DNA from: an uncultured delta proteobacterium
Lineage (GTDB): Bacteria > Desulfobacterota > Binatia > UBA9968
NCBI GenBank assembly: GCA_963728565.1
Contig: CAVSLC010000004.1
Location: 1 to 64,000, forward strand
Length of the DNA: 64,000 nucleotides
Direction of reading: 5' to 3'
The notes under the pieces are model-generated. The model had not been told where the DNA came from. It worked only from the letters and a program-made list of their open reading frames with translations, and ran no database searches. Made by a program: the position numbers and the translations under genes. Shown here in pieces: positions 60,055 through 64,000 of the stretch (its first letter is position 1; every line of letters begins with the position of its first letter).

Positions 60055-61254
60055 ATGGATAACTTTGACGATGTGCTTGTGATTGATGCTGACGGCCATG
60101 TATACGAAGGCAACGTCGATCTCGCCAGCCGTATGCCTGAGAAGTGGCGCTCGCAGGCTCCCGTGCGACTAAAAGACAACCAGGGTAACTCGCGCATCAT
60201 GTTGGAAGGACGCCTTTGGTCCGCCTCTCAAGGTCCCGGTCCCGGTGTCAGCGGCCCGATGACCGAAAAAGCGCGGGGTTATCGACCAGGCATGGTCGAC
60301 CCGTTAGCACGATTGAAGGATATGGATGAGGAAGGCATCGATGTTGCCGTGCTGTTCGGCACGCAAATAGCGCTCACGGTAAATGGGCTGATGAACGGTG
60401 AGCTGGCCGCTGTGCTTTGCCGCGCGGTCAACGAATGGCTGTTGGAGTATTGTTCCGCCGATCCCAAGCGCTTGCTTGCAGTCGGCCTGATCCCGTGCCA
60501 GACGCCGCAAGCCGCGGTCAAAGAATTGGAATTTCTCGCCAAAGCCGGCGCGGTCACCGCAATGCTGCCAACCAACGTCTACGGGCGCAACATGGGTGAT
60601 GGGATGTTCGATCCGATTTATGACTGCGCACAGTCCCTCGGCATGACTTTGAGCGTTCATCCGCAGACCGGCCACGACGGCGTTCCGGGTGTCTCCGGCG
60701 TGATGGGCGCGGGCAGCGAGCGGTTTTTCAAATACGTCTACGTGCATATGACCGCGTTTCCTTTCGAGCTAATGATCGCCATGATGCACATGATCGGCGA
60801 GGGAGTTTTTGACCGCTATCCGAAGCTGCGCGTAGGTTTCATGGAGGGCGGCGCCGGCTGGCTGCCATTCTGGGCCGAACGATTTGATGAGCACATCGAG
60901 AAGCTTGCACCGCAAATGCCGGAGTTGAAACGCCGCCCCAGCGAGATCATCCGCGGCGAACAAGTCGTGCTCACCTGCGAATCCGAAGAGACCGGCCTCG
61001 ATCGGGTGTTCGCGGCCAACGGCGAAAACACGGTTCTCTACGCTTCGGATTACTGCCATTGGGATTGTCACTTTCCCTATTCGGTGAAGGACGTCGTCGA
61101 TGGGGAGGATTTAACTTTTCCTCAAAAGGAAAGATTGTTAAACCGCAACGCGATCGAGTTCTTCAAACTGAAGAGCCTGCCGCAACCCGCTGCTCTTAAG
61201 AAAGCCCGTCAAAGCTGGGCAAGCATAGGCCGGCAAAAGATCGCCACCGCCTGA
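60055..61254 (+). CDS. amidohydrolase_2 family protein
   Basis: IDADGH, DMDEEGID, GVFDRYPKL..FMEGG.GW, YASDYCHWD. Confidence 0.9.
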   Translation: MDNFDDVLVIDADGHVYEGNVDLASRMPEKWRSQAPVRLKDNQGNSRIMLEGRLWSASQGPGPGVSGPMTEKARGYRPGMVDPLARLKDMDEEGIDVAVLFGTQIALTVNGLMNGELAAVLCRAVNEWLLEYCSADPKRLLAVGLIPCQTPQAAVKELEFLAKAGAVTAMLPTNVYGRNMGDGMFDPIYDCAQSLGMTLSVHPQTGHDGVPGVSGVMGAGSERFFKYVYVHMTAFPFELMIAMMHMIGEGVFDRYPKLRVGFMEGGAGWLPFWAERFDEHIEKLAPQMPELKRRPSEIIRGEQVVLTCESEETGLDRVFAANGENTVLYASDYCHWDCHFPYSVKDVVDGEDLTFPQKERLLNRNAIEFFKLKSLPQPAALKKARQSWASIGRQKIATA

Positions 61255-61272
61255 TCACAAGAGGGAGCTTTG

Positions 61273-62250
61273 ATGAACCCGAAAACCTCGGACAGAGCAA
61301 GCCACCGCGGCGTGCTCGTCGCCAGCCTCTCGTTAGCCTTCATTCTGCTCCTGGGCAGCAGCGTTCGCGGCGCCGAAGGCCTGCAGAAAATCAGAGTCGG
61401 TTTTCCTTCCCTGGCGTTCTCATACATGCCGTACTACGTCGCTCAGGAAAAAGGGTTTTTGAAACAATATGGCTTGGAAGCCGAGTACATCCAGATGCGC
61501 ACAGGCATTCAGCCTCAAGCCGTCATCAATGGCAATATCAACTTTTTCCCATCGGTCTCCACCGGGATTTCCGCGGCGGTTTCCGGCTTGCCGCTGACGG
61601 TGGTATTGAATTTCTGTGACGGCACGCCGTGGATCCTGGTCACGCAGAAGGAGATCAACAAGCCGCAGGATCTAATCGGCAAGCAGGTGGCGGTCTCAGG
61701 CCTGCGAACATCGCCGCATTACTTTTTGCAGGCGGCTCTCAAGAAATGGGAAATCGCCGAGAAAGACGTCGGCATTATCAGCACCGGCGGCACTGCCGAC
61801 AGCTTTATCGCCCTTGCAAGCAACCGGGTCGCGGGCACAGTGTTGACGCCGCCGTTCGATGACAAGGCAGTCTCTTTGGGCTACAAGAAATTCATGTTCC
61901 TGGGCGACTTGGCGGATATTCCCTACGTCGGCGTGGTTACTTCGCAGGCGCAAATCAAAAATAATCGCGAGATGGTGCGCAGAACGCTTGCTGCGCTCAC
62001 CGACTCCGTCGCCTGGATTCGCGCCAACCGCGCCGAAAGCAGCAAGATGATCGCCAATAAGTTTAAAATCACTGCCGCCGAGGCCGAGCAGACCTACAAT
62101 ACGTTGATCAAGATTCTTAACAAGGACGGACGACTCGATCCCAAAGTCGCGCGCGGCTATTTGGAGCTGCTACGACAGGAGCGGCCAATTGCGGCGGATT
62201 TCGACCCGCAAAAGGTGCTTGATTTCTCTCTATTGCCAGGGAGTCGCTAG
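61273..62250 (+). CDS. NitT/TauT ABC substrate-binding protein
   Basis: Signal peptide, VAQEKGF..YGLE, DLIGKQVAVS. Confidence 0.88.
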   Translation: MNPKTSDRASHRGVLVASLSLAFILLLGSSVRGAEGLQKIRVGFPSLAFSYMPYYVAQEKGFLKQYGLEAEYIQMRTGIQPQAVINGNINFFPSVSTGISAAVSGLPLTVVLNFCDGTPWILVTQKEINKPQDLIGKQVAVSGLRTSPHYFLQAALKKWEIAEKDVGIISTGGTADSFIALASNRVAGTVLTPPFDDKAVSLGYKKFMFLGDLADIPYVGVVTSQAQIKNNREMVRRTLAALTDSVAWIRANRAESSKMIANKFKITAAEAEQTYNTLIKILNKDGRLDPKVARGYLELLRQERPIAADFDPQKVLDFSLLPGSR

Positions 62251-62256
62251 TCACCC

Positions 62257-62922
62257 ATGAAGCTGCGAAACAAATCTACTTCTATTGTTCTGATCATCGC
62301 AGTCTGTTCTAATTTCGCGCTGGTCGTTCTCAATCCTGCGGTGGCGCAGTCACCCCGGCACATCAAAGTGCTGGTCGATAGCCAGCAACAAGTCACAGGC
62401 AATCATGACGAGGTGCAAGGAACCGGCAGCATCGTAATTCATGGAGGCGGCGCACAACCCTCCGGCCGGGTGACGGCCGGCAACCGGCAGACAACGGTTC
62501 AGCGATCCACCGGGATTTTTACCTTGGTGCAAGATGGCGGCGAGTCGATTTTAACGATGGCAACGAGAGTGCCGCAGACCCAGGTAAGCTTCTATCGCGA
62601 TTACGCCGGCCGGATCGGCTACATCGATCGGCGAATTACTTTCACCGAGGTTGGAACTTCGTTGCGTGTCGCCGCCAACGCTCTTGCAGACAAGCAGATA
62701 CGGGTCAGACTAACGCCTCGGATAAGTTATTTTTCTGCCGAGCGTTCCGGCGCCATCGATTTCACCGAGGCAATGACTGAGATGATCGTTCCCAATGGCC
62801 AACCCGTGTCGCTAGGCGGTTCAACGAGCCGCTTACACGAACTCACCCGGCAGATCTTAGGATACAGCGAGCGCACCAGCAGCAGCGAAACCCAGTTGGT
62901 TTTAACTGCGACGTTACAGTGA
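62257..62922 (+). CDS. short secretin-like (type II/III secretion system-related) domain protein
   Basis: Signal peptide; VQDGGES.L, EVGTSL.V, IRVRLTPRIS, T...VPNGQPV.LGG resemble the secretin C-terminal core. Confidence 0.55.
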   Translation: MKLRNKSTSIVLIIAVCSNFALVVLNPAVAQSPRHIKVLVDSQQQVTGNHDEVQGTGSIVIHGGGAQPSGRVTAGNRQTTVQRSTGIFTLVQDGGESILTMATRVPQTQVSFYRDYAGRIGYIDRRITFTEVGTSLRVAANALADKQIRVRLTPRISYFSAERSGAIDFTEAMTEMIVPNGQPVSLGGSTSRLHELTRQILGYSERTSSSETQLVLTATLQ

Positions 62923-63048
62923 TTGGTTTCAAGAGGTACATTCGCAGGGGATGTATTTTGTTTCATCATTGCTCGCGCCAGAAAACGGCGGAAGTTATTG
63001 ACAACCTAGCCCTGCGAGGTGCTCAAATAAACTATAGGAGGACTGGTT

Positions 63049-64000
63049 ATGGGATTTAAAGGTTATACGATCATTGATGGTGACGGTCATGTGATTGAGG
63101 ACACCAAGGCTATGGTTGGGTTCATGCCTCAACCCTACCGCGATAAGTTCGATACCCATCCATTCTTCAATCCGTTTCCGCCGCTGGATCACCTCCATTC
63201 AGCCAACATGCACGATTTCCAGCCGGGAGCATTCAACAAAGTCGGTCCGGACGGTTGGTTGGATTTCCTTGAGGATGTGGGAATCGAGACAACCGTTCTT
63301 TACACCACGCTTGGCCTGGCGTTCGGGAAAATTGTCAGCCGCGATTGGGCGATTGACGTCGCGCGCGGCTACAACGACTGGTTGTATCATGAGTACCTGA
63401 AGAAAAGTCCGCGGTTCAAGGGAATAGCTTTGATTCCGCTCCAGGAAACGCAGGCCGCTGTTGAAGAGCTGAGAAGGGCGGTGAAGGAACTGGGCATGTG
63501 CGGCGCGATGCTGCCGTCCACCGGTATTCAATCGAATCTCGGTGATCAGCGTTATTGGCCGATCTATGAAGAAGCCGATCGTTTGGGTTGCGCACTCGGC
63601 GTTCATGGCGGTGCGCACGAAAACATGGGGCTGGATGACTTGAGCCCGTATGCTCCGGTTCACGCTCTCGGTCATCCCTTCGGTCAGATGATTTCGTTCG
63701 CCGGCATGGTCTTCAACGGCATCTTCGATAAATTTCCTAATGTGAAATTTGGTTTTATGGAAGGGGGCGTCGCTTGGCTGCTGATGTGCTTGGAACGTTT
63801 CGATCGCTCTTGGGAAACACACATCCAGCATGATCCGCGCAAACGTTTTCTTAATCTACGCCCCAAAGAAAAAGTCCGTGAATATATCTCGCGACACATC
63901 GACGAAGGCCGGATCTTTATCGGCTGCGAAGGCGAAGAGCCAGATATCGCCTACGCGATCGAGCGGGTAGGCAATAAGCCGTTCGTTTTTTCCAGTGACT
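63049..64000 (+). CDS. amidohydrolase_2 family protein (3'-truncated by window edge; not in ORF track)
   Basis: AGGAGG RBS; MGFKGYTIIDGDGHVIE...GIFDKFPNVKFGFMEGG.AW...FSSD, in frame to the window end. Confidence 0.9.
   Translation, partial: MGFKGYTIIDGDGHVIEDTKAMVGFMPQPYRDKFDTHPFFNPFPPLDHLHSANMHDFQPGAFNKVGPDGWLDFLEDVGIETTVLYTTLGLAFGKIVSRDWAIDVARGYNDWLYHEYLKKSPRFKGIALIPLQETQAAVEELRRAVKELGMCGAMLPSTGIQSNLGDQRYWPIYEEADRLGCALGVHGGAHENMGLDDLSPYAPVHALGHPFGQMISFAGMVFNGIFDKFPNVKFGFMEGGVAWLLMCLERFDRSWETHIQHDPRKRFLNLRPKEKVREYISRHIDEGRIFIGCEGEEPDIAYAIERVGNKPFVFSSD

Overview
A ~55% GC bacterial chromosome segment, mostly core genome. The gene mix (orphan Bug/TctC and NitT/TauT binding proteins, amidohydrolases, cof genes, cinA-thpR-recA-recX-alaS order) suggests a Deltaproteobacteria-like lineage such as Ca. 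Binatia; this is inference only. In order: a 5'-truncated ATP-grasp ligase with an M20 peptidase; MFS and Bug genes; a sigma54-type promoter ahead of a 61-aa ORF; an operon SCO - VKOR/thioredoxin - exported rhodanese - queC - DUF58 - BatA - VWA; an M23 peptidase; cinA-thpR-recA-recX-alaS-yjbQ-phoH; a stress block (HtrA, Hsp20, groES-groEL, cytochrome c, GST); an 11-subunit nuo operon lacking nuoEFG; larC; bioF-A-D; udgX; radA; tRNA-Leu(CAA); an accessory block (opgC, repeat beta-propeller, two paralogous secreted proteins, ECF sigma/anti-sigma/DUF3106); F420 genes cofG-D-C-E-npdG; amidohydrolases and a short secretin-like gene. Highlights: (1) the rhodanese has an in-frame UGA at its catalytic position followed by a SECIS-like hairpin, making it a candidate exported selenoprotein in a SCO/VKOR redox module; (2) a shared GGTWAAC-N16-CGTCTAA promoter defines a probable local ECF regulon, with one of two tandem paralogues under ECF-type and the other under sigma54-type control; (3) a complex I without its NADH module in an F420 producer. 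Caveat: seven +1 frameshifts between 6.9 and 19.5 kb, two in essential alaS, point to assembly errors there. No CRISPR, rRNA, integrase or IS element was seen.
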